A DNA stretch of 64,000 nt. It comes from Kondoa subrosea. Taxonomy: Eukaryota. The position numbers were made by a program, and so were the translations under genes. The notes under the pieces were generated by a model, which worked only from the letters and a program-made list of their open reading frames with translations, made no database searches and was not told the origin of the DNA. This document shows positions 14,475 to 30,094 of the stretch, piece by piece. The stretch's first letter is position 1, and each line of letters begins with the position of its first letter. The stretch lies in assembly GCA_039545335.1 (NCBI GenBank), contig BCIN01000001.1, positions 2,669,136 to 2,733,135 of the forward strand, in the 5' to 3' direction.

Positions 14475-15275
14475 CTAAACGACCGTAGAACTATTGCTAG
14501 CGATCCTAGGCCATAAATCCGCGCATTCCTTCGCAACAGGACCGGTAATCTACGCAAAGATCAGACAAACCAAAGTCAAATTGACAAAACTTACAGCTGA
14601 ACCCTTCATTTCTCCCTTGTTGTTGACAATGACACCAGCGTTATCCTCGAAGTAGAGGAAGACTGTAAGATCGGTCAACTGGGTTAGCGCTGGAATGCGC
14701 AAACCTCGTTCTGACTTACCACCATCGCGCCTTCTCCATGGTTTCTGGATATTCCTGTTAGCCTGTTTCATTACCAAGTGCAACCAGACGTACTCTTTGC
14801 CTAACGACGATAGCCTGGTGCACTTTCTTTCTCAAATCAGGTTTACCCTTCTTGACTGTTTGACTTTCCATCAGCCTTTCTCACTTGTACCCTTCTTATG
14901 TCCACTGACCAGTTGCGAGTACCATGTCACCAGCTGAAGCGGCAGGCAGACGATTGAGACGAGCTCCAAAACGGGTAACGGAAATGATCTATTGCCCAAT
15001 GCTTCAGCCTTTTGGTTCTCCCTTTTTCTTGATTTGAGAGTCGCATACGTATAAGTTCTTTGCTCCAGAGTTATCTGCGCAGTTCATGACCGCTCCAACA
15101 GGCTGGATTTGCGAACATTTCTCAGAACCTTTGATTTTTGCTTTTTGAGTATATTTCACACACCAGAGCCAAAGTCATGCGGAACCTTGAAGACATATCA
15201 GCATATAGGACACAGCTAGATGCTGCAGACACACTTGTTACCACTGATACCAGCACCTCTTGAAGCCTTAGACAT
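14475..15275 (-). CDS. RPL23: 60S ribosomal protein L23 (uL14)
   Basis: Spliced [39 protein letters not shown]...[50 protein letters not shown]. Confidence 0.97.
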
Positions 15276-15583
15276 GTTTGCTGGTTGTTAAGAGTTGAAC
15301 TGTTCCAGGAAGCAAAATTTCGTTTGAGTTCTCGGTATGTCAGTCGAGTAACTTGAAGACGCACGAGCAGTGCTTGAGGTATAGCTTCTGTCAACCTTAC
15401 CGCAGCTCAGAGATTTCCGGCAACTTAGCCATGTCCAAATCAAAATCTTAATCAAGTATTACTAAGCAGCTTCTCGCACCAGCTGCTCGCTCTCAACCCG
15501 CGTCAACGAGGAGAGGACACGTCCACGCCTCTCTCTGGACTTGTTCCTTCACTCTCGTCCGAACTCTGGCGCTTTGCTGAATT

Positions 15584-17864
15584 ATGTCCAACATTCAGGC
15601 AGCTCTGAAAGGGCTCAAGTTTAGCAAACGCAAGGCTCCTCAAGTGCTAGATCTGACTCTCTCCGACTCAGAAAGTGATGGCTCCAAACCAGCGCCTGCA
15701 CCACTTGTGCGATCTCGAATGATAGCTACACCAGCTAAACCAACAGATGATGTAGCAACACCTATAACTTCTGATGCAGAGGATGATATCCCTCTTGCGA
15801 AGCCTCGTTCGAAAGGCAAAGCTAAAATGGTTGGTTTGGGTACACCTTTGGACGAGAATCCTCTAGAAGATATACCTGCTCCTCCAGTCACCGTTCCAAC
15901 TACTATTACTTCTCGCGTTTCTACAGCTGGCGGTCCTTCTGCAACAGCTGCAAAAGTAGAAGCGAAGAAATCGAATGGTAAAGCTTTGTCACATCGCGCT
16001 GCAAGAAGATTAGCTCAAGGCAAACCTGCACTTGTTGTTGAATGGTGGAGGGAAGATCGAGGTTTACCACCGAAGATTAGACAAGCATTACTCGATGGTG
16101 TTTGGCCTGAAGAAACGGATGAATGTTGGAGAGTTTGGGCTGCTACTGAACCTGTGCGCGTTTGTTCAGAATAATTGTCGAAACGTTCTTATCTTTGCAA
16201 TGTTATCTCAAAGCTTGAAGGCAAATGGGTTAGTCGAGAAAGCTGTTCACCATTTTACTGTGCCCATTATCTTTCCATACCAAGTTCACAAGAATGGCTT
16301 TCTTTCCTTATCCTGATCTCTTCCCCTCGTTGAGAGGCGTTTTTGCTACTGCATCAGCAGCGGAAGTATGTCTGTTGATTATTTTCTCTTCGTGTTGTGA
16401 TGAATTATCACAGATCCGCCTTTATCGAATATCGGAAGAAAAGGGCTTAGAGCATCTATCTACGATACTCGATGCTACCGCGAACAACGAGAATGTATGC
16501 TGCTTTGGCTATTTCAATTCACGTTTTGTCTGAATTGTTCAATAGCCGATCATGCCAAAACGACCTGAAAGAGAGTCCTTCTCAGCTTTGGCATGGACAT
16601 TCAATTGGCAGGCTACCAACTCAGAAGAACGAGAAAATCCCCGTGGAGTACCTTTACTTCTCGCTGGCGGGGACGCGGGTGTGGTCAAGATCTACAACCC
16701 TTTGACTCTGGAACATGTGCAGACTTTAGTTGGTCATGGCGGAGTAGATTGTTGCTATTTTTCTGGGAATCGATACTGATGTTCTATTGCAGCCTGTTAC
16801 CGATATCGCTGTTTCACCTCAGATACCTACTTTGATAGCTACAGCTTCTTTTGATCGATCAATCCGAATATGGAGTCTACTCAATACCGATCATCTTTGC
16901 GTAGGCTTATGCGCTGGTAACGGAGGACATCGCAAAGAAGTCCTAGCATTGGTAAATAGCCTTCAGCTGGTGTGCTAAATGTTGGGGACTGATCAAATAT
17001 TTCTCTCAGTGCTTTCACCCCACTCTGCCTCTACTTGTATCTGCAGGTGTAGATAGACACATCAAAATATGGTCCTTACCCGACTCCATGATCTCTCTTC
17101 ATGCCGAAACACCTCTCACTACTTCTACATCAGCAAAAAAGACATCTCAAGCGCAACAGCTGCATGATCCAATCTTTTCCACTAAACTTTTACACGGCGA
17201 TCATATTGATCAACTTCAATTCCTCAATTCTTATTTACTTTTATCAAAATCTCGAGCAGGAAGAGATTTAAGAAATCGACAACCTGACGAATCTTGCGAA
17301 GTGATACTTTGGTCTGTCAATTTACTTAGAGAATTAGTATTGGAAGAATTAGGACCTGGTGAACAAGGTAAAAATGGGTTAGGTTGGGACGCTTTTGAAG
17401 AATCTTTCGCTGGTTCTTTCGATTTGATTTGGAGAATCGTTTTACCTAAACAAGGGTTTTATGGAAAAACTTTTGCTTTATCTGATGATGGATCGAAAAT
17501 CATCATGTGTTTGCAAGGAGCGGTTTGGGAATGCTTACCTGAATTCATACCGGAACGATTTGGATTGGAATATCGATTACCGAAAGAAGCTACTGAAGAA
17601 TGGGAAAGGATTGGGAGAGCACCTATGAGGAATGAAGGCAAGGGTAAAGACAAAGGAATGATTGATTTGGTTTGTGTTGCATTGAGTCCGGATGAGAAGT
17701 GGTTGGCTGTTGCTGGAGAAGACGGGTTGCTGTTCATTTTCAGAAGAGCAGGCGATAGAGGAGCAGAAGAAATGGCCATTGATACTAAAGAAGAAGAGAT
17801 GGACAAGACTGAGATCAGATGGGAAACTCAAGCCAACGGATCGCAAGTGATGATCATCGACTGA
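15584..17864 (+). CDS. EED: WD40 Polycomb protein EED/ESC-like (PRC2 subunit)
   Basis: PLLLAGGDAGVVKIYNP...LVGHGG, CVGLCAGNGGHRKEVLAL, VSAGVDRHIKIW and PIFSTKLLHGDHIDQLQFLNSYLLLSKS align with EED/ESC repeats. Confidence 0.75.
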
Positions 17865-17947
17865 TCGAACGCTACTGTATAATATCTGGCGGAAATCCTG
17901 TTCCATAATTGTAATGCATGATGGATCCGCTACTTTTGCAACCCAGC

Positions 17948-18814
17948 TTACACCCTATAATTTCTCTTGCCGGGAGCGTTGAAGAATTGCCTGTCAGTGG
18001 AATCCACCGTGAGCTATAGAAATAGCAAGGCACAATTCTCACTGACCTAACGATGTAGACCTGAAGACAGCGCAAATCAGCTCCGAGACATTTTTGCAAA
18101 AATGCGCACTGACCTGAAGTGCACTCATGGCGACCATCAACAAACTCTCTCCGATACTGAATAAGAATATCCTCCAGCTCGTACTCGAGACTGTCGACCT
18201 GTTTCGACTGTCCCTCGTTCTAAAGTATTTCTGTGTTCTTTGTATTGCGCTCAAACTACCGCTGAGCTTGTAGATGCTTTCTTCCAGACTTGAAGTGTGT
18301 TCTGTGAGCGAAGTGGGTTTCGCAGGAGCGACTTGCCGGGCTGTTCGTTCAAAAAGCCCAAATGAGTCAAACCAACCATGATAGTCAGCCATTGAACTAA
18401 CGCTCCGATTCGACCATTATGTCAAAGTCCACCAATTTCTCCGATACCGAAGACATCTCATTAGAAAAGCAGAAAGAGTATTCGCCAGTTTTGTGTCCAG
18501 TGAAGATGTAATCTCCTTGACGTTCTCTTTCACCTTCGAGGATAATGGTATCTGAAGGATCCGTAACGGTGTAATCGATATCGAAAGCTCCGCCTGACTG
18601 GACAGCGAAATAAAATCCAATCTTTGATTTAGACGGTATAAGTCAATGGATCATTTGTCACGTCAAAGGAAAGGCAGCACACCTTCTCGCCTGCTTTATC
18701 TACAGCTGCATAGAAGCACGTCCGATCATTTGCTGGGATTGTTGTAGTTAAGGCTGAGCCGTAGACCAGAGCAGGCCAAAGCAAGAGTGTCGCCAAAGCT
18801 GCACTTGATTTCAT
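17948..18814 (-). CDS. p24/emp24/gp25L family cargo receptor (GOLD domain)
   Basis: Signal peptide, TTIPANDRTCFYAAVDKAGEK, IQRTQKYFRTRDSRNRSTVSST, C-terminal TM and FF motif. Confidence 0.92.
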
Positions 18815-19070
18815 TGCCTTTGATTTGTGATTCGTGAAACGCGTAGATCGTCGCTTGAGTGCTATAATATGGTGCTCGTATGGCAGTAGCACTACCACTT
18901 GATTGTTTAGGTCGTTGTATTTGCTCAAAACAAGAGCTTCTCCCATTTCGACGAGATCCACTCCTTTGAAACCTGAATCTAGACGAGTGACCTGTGCTGG
19001 GAGCTGTCAATCGAAGCTGCTCAAACAATACACCAAGAGCAGCCTTTGTTTCTTCGAGCGGAATCCTGGG

Positions 19071-21848
<2,778 letters not shown>

Positions 21849-21873
21849 TGAATTGTAGTAATATCCTTGTTTT

Positions 21874-22491
21874 TTATTGACCAACTATATCTGCATTTGG
21901 AAGCATTCGACGCATTGTGATCGATAGCCTATTCCCTCGAAGCAAAGTTCTTTTGTTGCCTTGATTGTCCGTATAAGTATCTTGTTCTCGAGCGGGAATG
22001 CCATGCTTGTACTCGTAGCGAGCTGGACCGGACAAGATATAGACGTCGCCCGGTCGCAAAAGAATGGATGCATGAACTTGCTCATCCTTTTCAAAGTCCA
22101 TTACAGCGGAAGACAAAAATGAAACGCCCAGTATACCGTCGGCGTATCGAGACAGTAGATCAACATGCGGAGTTATGCCTTGACCAGGTTCGTACAAATT
22201 GATAATCACTTGCAGAGTGAGCTCAGTTTCGAACAGAAGAGAAAAGATATGAGGAGGAAGACGAGGTTGAAGTAATCCAGGTAACACTTGAAGAAGAGGA
22301 GCAATCGCTTTCTCTGCTTCTCCCGCCCAGAGCATACATTGATTCGACGAAAAGGGAGGCAGATTCAGCAGGATTTCTTTCTGCGTTTCTTGTGAGTAGA
22401 GCTTTGTCAAGTGATACAGTCCGGCTGGCTGCAACTTGTCTTCTTCATGATTATCTTCCTCTGATTCCGATCCGAAAAGACTGTCAGGCAT
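21874..22491 (-). CDS. AlkB-like 2OG-Fe(II) dioxygenase
   Basis: IINLYEPGQGITPHVD (HxD), SGPARYEYKHGIP, RLSITMR. Intronless from ATG 22491. Confidence 0.88.
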   Translation of the reverse strand: MPDSLFGSESEEDNHEEDKLQPAGLYHLTKLYSQETQKEILLNLPPFSSNQCMLWAGEAEKAIAPLLQVLPGLLQPRLPPHIFSLLFETELTLQVIINLYEPGQGITPHVDLLSRYADGILGVSFLSSAVMDFEKDEQVHASILLRPGDVYILSGPARYEYKHGIPAREQDTYTDNQGNKRTLLRGNRLSITMRRMLPNADIVGQ

Positions 22492-22753
22492 TCTTCGATT
22501 TGCAGATCCAACACTAGTCCAGTCTGATGCAGGTAAATGTGAACTCGTGAGCTGCTCATCGCGTCTCTTTAGCTTTGTTATGCGAAAGCAAGGGTTGCCG
22601 CACTTTCTTGAAAGCACGCTGTGACAGTCTTGCTTCCGACCATCCAGTCCGAGCACAGCTTTAAGACACACCGCACAGCTGTGCGTCTTCTCCCTCCAGT
22701 GCGTAAGGTTGATAGCTGAGACCGAGTGTGCTTGTTCCAGGACAACATCATTC

Positions 22754-25177
22754 ATGGCTTCATTAGCACATTTCAAGACTCCTGCTGTCGGTCAGTGCTC
22801 TATCGAACCTGTTGGCAGCGTTTCTGATCCGATTAATACCTTAGAGAACGAACCCAATGTAGGCTCTGCCGTCCATCTTGAGCTTGAGAGCGCGCACTGA
22901 CAACAGATGACGCTTGATTAAAGGTTCACTATCTACCTGGCTCGCCTGAACGTAAAGCTGTCGATGCTGCGATCGCCGAATACCGCAAAGCTGGCACCCT
23001 AGAAGTACCTTGCTGGGTCGGTGGTAAAGATAAGTAGTCTGAAACCTTCCCCGCCCTCAAATATCCTATGTTGATCCTGCTTCGGTATCCACAGGTGAAG
23101 ACCAGGTATACCTCCTTCTCGCATTTAGACAACACGCACAAAATCTGATTTCATCTGCTGCTCTCTTTCAGCAACCAAACGCTTCAGAAGAACCCAGGCA
23201 ACTACGAAGAAAATGTAGCTTCAGCTCATCAGGCTGACGAAGCTACAGTCAAGCTAGCTATCGAATCAGCTCTTGCAGCTAAGCGCGATTGGGAAGATAT
23301 GCCATGGAACGATCGAGCTGCGATCTTCCTCAAAGCTGGCGATCTCTTCGCTGGCAAGTACCGCGCAAAGATTGTTGCCGCTACCATGCTTGGTCAGGGA
23401 AAGAATTACTGGCAGGCCGAGATAGATGCCGCAGCTGAAGTATGTCACTCCTCATACTTGGCTACTGAAGTGCTGATCGACTGACTTTAGCTGATCGACT
23501 TCCTTCGCTTTGGAGTCAAGTACGCTGAAGAGGTCTATTCCATTCAACCACCAAAGAACTCAAAGGGTGTTTGGAATCGAGTCGAATATCGACCACTTGA
23601 CGGCTTCGTGCTCGCAATTACACCATTTAACTTCACTGCCATCGCAGGCAATCTGCCAGCTGCTCCAGCTATGCTTGGCAATGTTGTTATCTGGAAACCT
23701 TCACCTCTGGCCATTCTGTCAAACTATCTGATTCTCCAAGTTCTGCACGAAGCTGGTCTGCCAAAGAACGTGATTCAATTCATTCCCGGGCCGCCAGAGA
23801 TGATTTGCAATACTGCTTTCCAGCATCCCGATTTCGCTGGCCTTCATTTCACTGGCTCGACATCTGTCTTCAAACATCTGTGGAAAGAGATCGCTCAGAA
23901 CATCGATACTCTTAAATCTTACCCTAGAATTGTTGGCGAGACGGGAGGAAAGAATTTTCATCTTATCCATTCTTCGGCGGACGTGCAAGCTGCTGTTTTA
24001 CAAAGCATTCGCGCCGGGTTCGAATATTCAGATACGTCTCGCACATGCATGTCTACGAAAGCTAAAATAGGTTACGTAGATACGCCAAAAGTGCAGCGCA
24101 TTAGGACGCTTATACGTTTCCGAATCGATCTGGGAAGAATTCAAGAACCGATTGCAGACTGAATGCAAGAAAATTACGCTTGGAAATCAAGAAGAATCGC
24201 ATTTTATGGGTCCAGTTATGTGAGTCAGCATCTCTAAGCTCTGTCTATTCCCATGATACCTTGTGCAATAGCTCAAAGCAGTCTTACGACAAAATCACCA
24301 GTCTGATTGAAAAAGCCAAGAAAGCTGGAGGGGAAATCATTGCTGGAGGCGGCAGCGATATGTCTACTGGGTTCATGATCGAGCCTACTGTCATCCTTAC
24401 CAAGGATCCTAAGAGTATCACTATGGGTATGTTGAGAGTATGCCAATGCCGAATTCTGGCTGATGTTCTTCCCTTCAGTCGAAGAAATCTTTGGCCCTGT
24501 CATTACAGCGTAGGTCAAGTATCTCTCCAGTGTCAACTTGGTGTGCTCATGGGCATATGTCTCTCTTGATTGTTAGTTATGTCTATCCCGACAACGAATT
24601 CGAAGAGACTTGCAAACTGATCGACGAGACAACCTCTTACGCATTGACTGGCGCCGTGTTTGCCCAAGATCGATCTGCTCTAGTCAAGGCTTCTGCTTTG
24701 TTGCGATCTTCCGCTGGTAATTTCTACATCAATGAGTAAGTGTCCCTAAGCTGCTGACAGGTCGAAACCTAATGAGCGTGTAAAGCAAATGTACTGGCGC
24801 CGTGGTAAGTCACACTTCTTATTATTTGTAGCGAATGACTCAGATCTTGCCGGCGCAGGTTGGACAACGTGAGCCGGTCTCTTTGAGTTGGGAGTAATGT
24901 ACTGACCGTTTTCATAAGAACCTTTCGGAGGTTCTCGCGGCAGCGGAACTAACGACAAAGCGGGAGGTATCTACCTTACCAGCAGATTCCTGAACCCTCG
25001 ATCGAGTAAGTCGGATGCCCAATGATTATGACATGGCTAATGTAACGCGTACTTTGTAGTCAAGGAGAACTTCATTCAGTACGTAATGCACGCGCATTCT
25101 TCAATACAGAATAGCTAAATCGACAACTCTATTCTACCAGCCCTGACACTTTCTTATACCCTAGTAACTCCCAATAA
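22754..25177 (+). CDS. PUT2: delta-1-pyrroline-5-carboxylate dehydrogenase
   Basis: ATMLGQGKNYWQAEIDAAAE, ITPFNFTAI, HFTGST, VGETGGKNFH, EYSGQKCSA (across an AT-AC intron), EEIFGPV, QQPFGGSRGSGTNDK. Confidence 0.96.
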
Positions 25178-25394
25178 ACTGTATTCTAACGAACCAATGA
25201 ACGGAATGAGTCTTCGCATATATAAGATGATTTTACCCCTTGCCTGTTAAGACATTATTGGCCTCTCTTCCTCGTGCAAACTGGATTTGCGGTTAGCGAA
25301 GGACAGCAGAGCTTGTTTGTTCGAACTAACAACGTCAAGTGAAATCCAACACCCCGACCATTACATTCCTCCTGTGTAACGAGTAAGGCAATTA

Positions 25395-26798
25395 TCAACG
25401 AGAAATATGTTCATTGTCTCTTACCCTTATCATATGCTCGTAGTCGAGATCGTCTTTTAGGTTGACCAGACACAAATCTCTGAGTCTCGGCAGTCTGTCC
25501 AATAACTCCCGAACCTGCTTCACTTCCACATCTTTCGGTACATCATACAAACACAAATAGATCAAGCTTGTAGGTAAGACCAAATCAAGAATATTTTTCA
25601 TCGTGTCTTGAGCACCCAATTCGAGTATTTGCAATTGATGGCAAATCCGGAGCTTGTCTCCAAGAAAAGTAACATCCACTGCAGTTGGACAAACTTCCAA
25701 TGTTATAAGCTGAGGACCGAACCGATCTAACACTCGAAGGACTGCCGCTGGCGAAACTCTCGAACAGAACTCCCAGAGTGAAAGCGTGTTGAGTCCAGGT
25801 CCAGCTAGATCGAGCAAAAGTTCAAAATCGTCGTCGCTGAAACCATCTCTAACGAAAAAGAAAAGAGTGGTGAGATTGGACGAAGCTTGTGCGTCTGGCC
25901 AGACTTACATTGGCGAAAAGAAGCCCAATTGAGTCCTAATTTGTCCCTATCAGATCAAAGATGCAAATCGTCAGAGAATTTGTACCCACAAAGAGAGAGG
26001 AAGAGGGTTCAATTGGTGATTATGTAAGGGTCCGTCTTTGGTCTAATCAGCCAGTATACTGGAACTCTTCATTGAACTCACTGAAGGCCGGCTTGGCTAG
26101 GAGTAGGGATTCGAGTTTTGGATAGCAGTTACTTGCCAAAGTCAGAACATGAGCGAGATCCAAGGAGTCTATTCATAAATCAGGAGAAGGCCCCGAGATA
26201 ACAAAGAACACCATTGACCTGCACCTAAATATCGCAAGTGCTGCAATCCACTCATAGCCAAGAGTAAATCCTGCCCTTCGCTCTCGGCGTATTCACCCAA
26301 AGTCAATGCTTGTAGAGACCCGCTACTATAATGTAGTAAGCTGACCATAGCTCTTGTAGCGTAAATGCAGTCTGCTTCATCTTGGAATGTGTCCCTCCAT
26401 TGTATTCGAGTGATATCAAAGCGTTGACCGCAAAGAGCTTTAAAGTTTAAGATTTTGACGAGTTTCGTTTCGGAATAAGGAGAATGGAAAGAAGTATATT
26501 TGATCAAGATCTTCTGAGCTGATGCACCCCAAGATCTGCATACCAAGCAGAGAGGAAGAAGGTATTCGGGTTGATAAAGCCGTTTATAATAGCCTTCCTG
26601 CACGCCAAGTCAGCAGAGGGACGTAGTCTGGGGGCGAACAAGACTGACTGGACGCCACAGAGCTATAGATGTGAAGATTCTGCTCGAAGGCGCATTAATT
26701 AGGCTGAGATAAGCTGCTTTTCGGAAGCAGACTGACCTATCCAAAACCTCCGCAGGTAAGGTTTCGGAAATTACAGCTTGCCCAGCCCTCAAGTTCAT
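25395..26798 (-). CDS. F-box-like / leucine-rich-repeat protein (3' end uncertain)
   Basis: LPAEVLDRIF and LCLVCRSW F-box-like motif followed by LxxLxL repeats. Confidence 0.6.
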
Positions 26799-27153
26799 AT
26801 GTCCAACACCGATATTATCGAAAGAGAGATCTACGGTAACTCCAAGATTGTATGTAGTTGCTTATGTGACTGTTGTCCGAGTCTTTCTTGTTCGTTTTTG
26901 AGTTTGAGACAGGACGTTCAGCAGGTCAAAATGCTGTGAGCGTTATGAATGTGGAAGGAAGAGCGGCGTTCGTCCAGAATTGCTCATGCAATTTTGGCCA
27001 ATTTTCAACTCCGAAAGCCGCGACTGTCGGCCTCGGAGCTCAGAGAGCCACTAGTGAGCCACTAGATATCTGCCTTAGATTGATATACAACCGCGGCGTG
27101 AAGAAGTTAGATGTGCAGGTTGTTCTAGAGCAAGATAACGTTGGCGAAAGACA

Positions 27154-28872
27154 ATGAGTTTTCTGGAGCAAAGTCAGGTTTATGACTATGATTACTCAGC
27201 AGAGGACGCTGTCAAACCTATCCTGGTATCCGAGGATGCAGCAAGACGACCTCTGGCAGACAAGCTGCAACGCTTATGGGCGGATCAGGACAGACCTTTC
27301 CTTACTTTGACGGAGGAGAACATTTCCGCACCTGTTGCTTCCACATCGAATGCGGCACTTAAACCTGCAGGAGCTCTGGACGAAAATGAAGTCAAAACAC
27401 TCAAAGAAACTATGTTGGCCAAACTGAGCCTAGCGTCTAATGAACTGTCGCTCGCTCTAGATCTAATAAATCTTCTCGTGCCGGTCAAGCCAAACCCAGG
27501 AGAAACGGTTCCAGAATTGCCTTTACCTCAATATGCCTTATCTTCTTCTAATTTGACTACACCTTTACCACCTTTCAACCCGGCGACTCAATCTCACAAT
27601 GTCTCACAAGCCTACGCTTCCAAACTCTCTTCATTAGAAACAGCAACTCAATCATTATCGAACGCTTCAACTAGAATTGCGGCCGTTACCGAGAAATCGA
27701 AAATGGATTGGCAAGAATATGTTCGTTGGCGAGATCAAGGTTATGCTTTGGAAGCTAGAGGAAGTATTAAAGGAGCTACTCTGAATGGGAAAAACAGCGA
27801 AAGATTGGCTAAAGATGTAGTGGTTCTGACTACTTGTGAAGAATGTCAGAACCTAGGCTTAAGAACGGTTGGATTCGGTTGGATAGACCTAGATCAGGAA
27901 GAGACAGGAGGCAAGAAGTTAGCTTTTCCTGAGCGAAGAAATGGAAGGAGGAGGTTGAAGATTACTTTGGAAAAAGATGATTACAAAGCTGTGCATTTAC
28001 CGACTTTGCCTGAAGATGATGTACTGGCTGGACGAATGGAAATGCTAGATGAGGATCTGTATGACACGGTGCGCTCTGAATCTATTCTCGCTTGTTCTAG
28101 TGCTCAGTATAATATAGATTCTAAGGGAGCTCCGACGAACACCCTTGCCAAATGAGAAACCACTTGACACGATCGTCGAAGAGAGTTCTATCATCATTCG
28201 GATGGGGAAGCAGCATACCTTGATACTCGAAATGGTAAGATATACAGCTCTCGCGGTCCGAAAAGAGCTATCTAACGAAATGTCACAGGCATCTATTGAC
28301 TCTATCTCACAAGTATCATCGAACTCATCTGTAGAGTGTCATCTCATAGCCTCAGCACTTCATCTGCGCCTATTAGCCATCTATCAAACACGGCGCCGGA
28401 GTTCTCATTTTCTAGGCAAATCAAGAGAGAACTATTCTGTCTTGCGACCCATCGTTGATCTACTTTCGTATCGAGCTGAAGTAGAGGAAGTGCTCCCTTT
28501 GATATCAACGCTTGTTACGCGAATCAAGAAGACTTTGGGCGATCGAGCTGAATTGGAAATGGTCGAATGTTTGGAAGAACCGGTTGAACTGCTTGAGCTC
28601 TTCCAGAATACGAAGGAGAAGCTAGTGATCGGCGGCAATGCTACAATCCGGATCGATAGCGTGTGAGCTCTGTGATCGTCCTGCAGAAGAACTTCGTGCT
28701 AATTGATCAATGCGGCAGACCTAAGATCCAAGTGGCTTTCAGTGCACCAAGGGAAGTAGCTGTCTTGCTACCACATGGACGAATAGTTGCTTCCTCTCGA
28801 GCGCACTTGCAAGATATGCTTCAAATAGAAATGAGGAAAATTAACGGTTTGCAAGATGCTCAGATTGATTGA
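27154..28872 (+). CDS. MED17: Mediator subunit Med17 (Srb4)-like
   Basis: LADKLQRLWADQDRPFLTLTEE and LSLASNELSLALDLINLL resemble the fungal Med17 N-terminus. Confidence 0.7.
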
Positions 28873-29164
28873 GATTAGAGCAACGGGAATCTGAATTGTG
28901 CCGTAACGTGTACTCCTTAAGGCAGACCTACTTTATGGCGGTCAACCGGCATCATCACCTTCCGTATTTGAATTACGAAACTCGACTCAATTCTCAGCCC
29001 TGTACCTGCTAAACCGATGAGCGCATTAGTATGTTATAGCTGCATTGAAAAGCAAGAAATACAATTCAATGCTTGATCATGAAAAGCTACAAAAGTGCCG
29101 AATACGAAAATCCTCTGATCGACCCTTTTACCATCAGTTGTGTCGCCCGCTGTTCCGCGATGTT

Positions 29165-30094
29165 CTATGCGAGAGCAGCGCAGTACTCGGAAGCAGGTCC
29201 GTTGGTGGATCGGCAAACAGTAGCATCTCCACTGAGGAGAGTTCCGGTGAGCAGGTTGTATCGGCCTTAGAAAGTTTGAGCCACAATGCCTTCAAAAAAG
29301 GAATGGACATTGCGTACAATCTACAGTACCGTAGCCCTGTTGTGCTTGTGCCTCAGTGCCATATGTGCACCTGACTTGATTAGTGCTGGAAAGAGCAAGG
29401 CTCAGTGAGTGTACGCGATCGGTTCAGATCCAGGAGAATGTACCTGCCAGGGAAGGCGAAACCATCAGCGAAGAAGGATCCATCCAAGCCTCGTCTAGCG
29501 CAACGCTGAACACTCAGACATGTATCAGAGAGGCTCTCTAGAATACGCGTAAATCAGGACTGACCTGAAAGCAAGCACCCGTGTTTCCAGCTATAGGGAT
29601 ACTTGCTTTGCATCGACTACTATCGCTGACAGGAAGCAACATTCCGGTGTTGGAATCGTATCCGCACGAATACTGAAATGTTCCGTTTCATCAGCTATTT
29701 CGTATTGTATATACCGTCATCGCAAGTGGACTCACGTCAGAGGCGTATTGGCAAACGACTTGATCGGTTTGAGAGGCATTGGTTTCGTCAGGGAAGGCGA
29801 AGCGACGTGCTAAGGAGTTTGCTAAAGGTTCGCCGTTCTTTCCGGGTCCACAAGCAATTCTCTCTGATATGATCCAAGAAGGAACTTCGGATGGCTGAGC
29901 TTCTATACAGGCAAATAAGATGATGTTCAGCGAACGATCGCTACGGAAGATTCTGTTAACTTACGTCGAGCTGTAAGACGTCTGGTACCAGCTCGAATCG
30001 CTTGAGTGTTGACTTGACGGCGAGCATAAGGATCTGTTGGAGCTGATTGAACAAGAAGAAAAGAACCGAGAAGAGCGATCAGTGTGAGCTTCAT
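29165..30094 (-). CDS. small secreted cysteine-containing protein with two internal repeats
   Basis: Signal peptide MKLTLIALLGSFLLVQSA. Spliced product has two units, FAFP...QVVCQY...YDSNTGML and FAFP...QVRCTY...YNLLTGTL. Confidence 0.7.
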
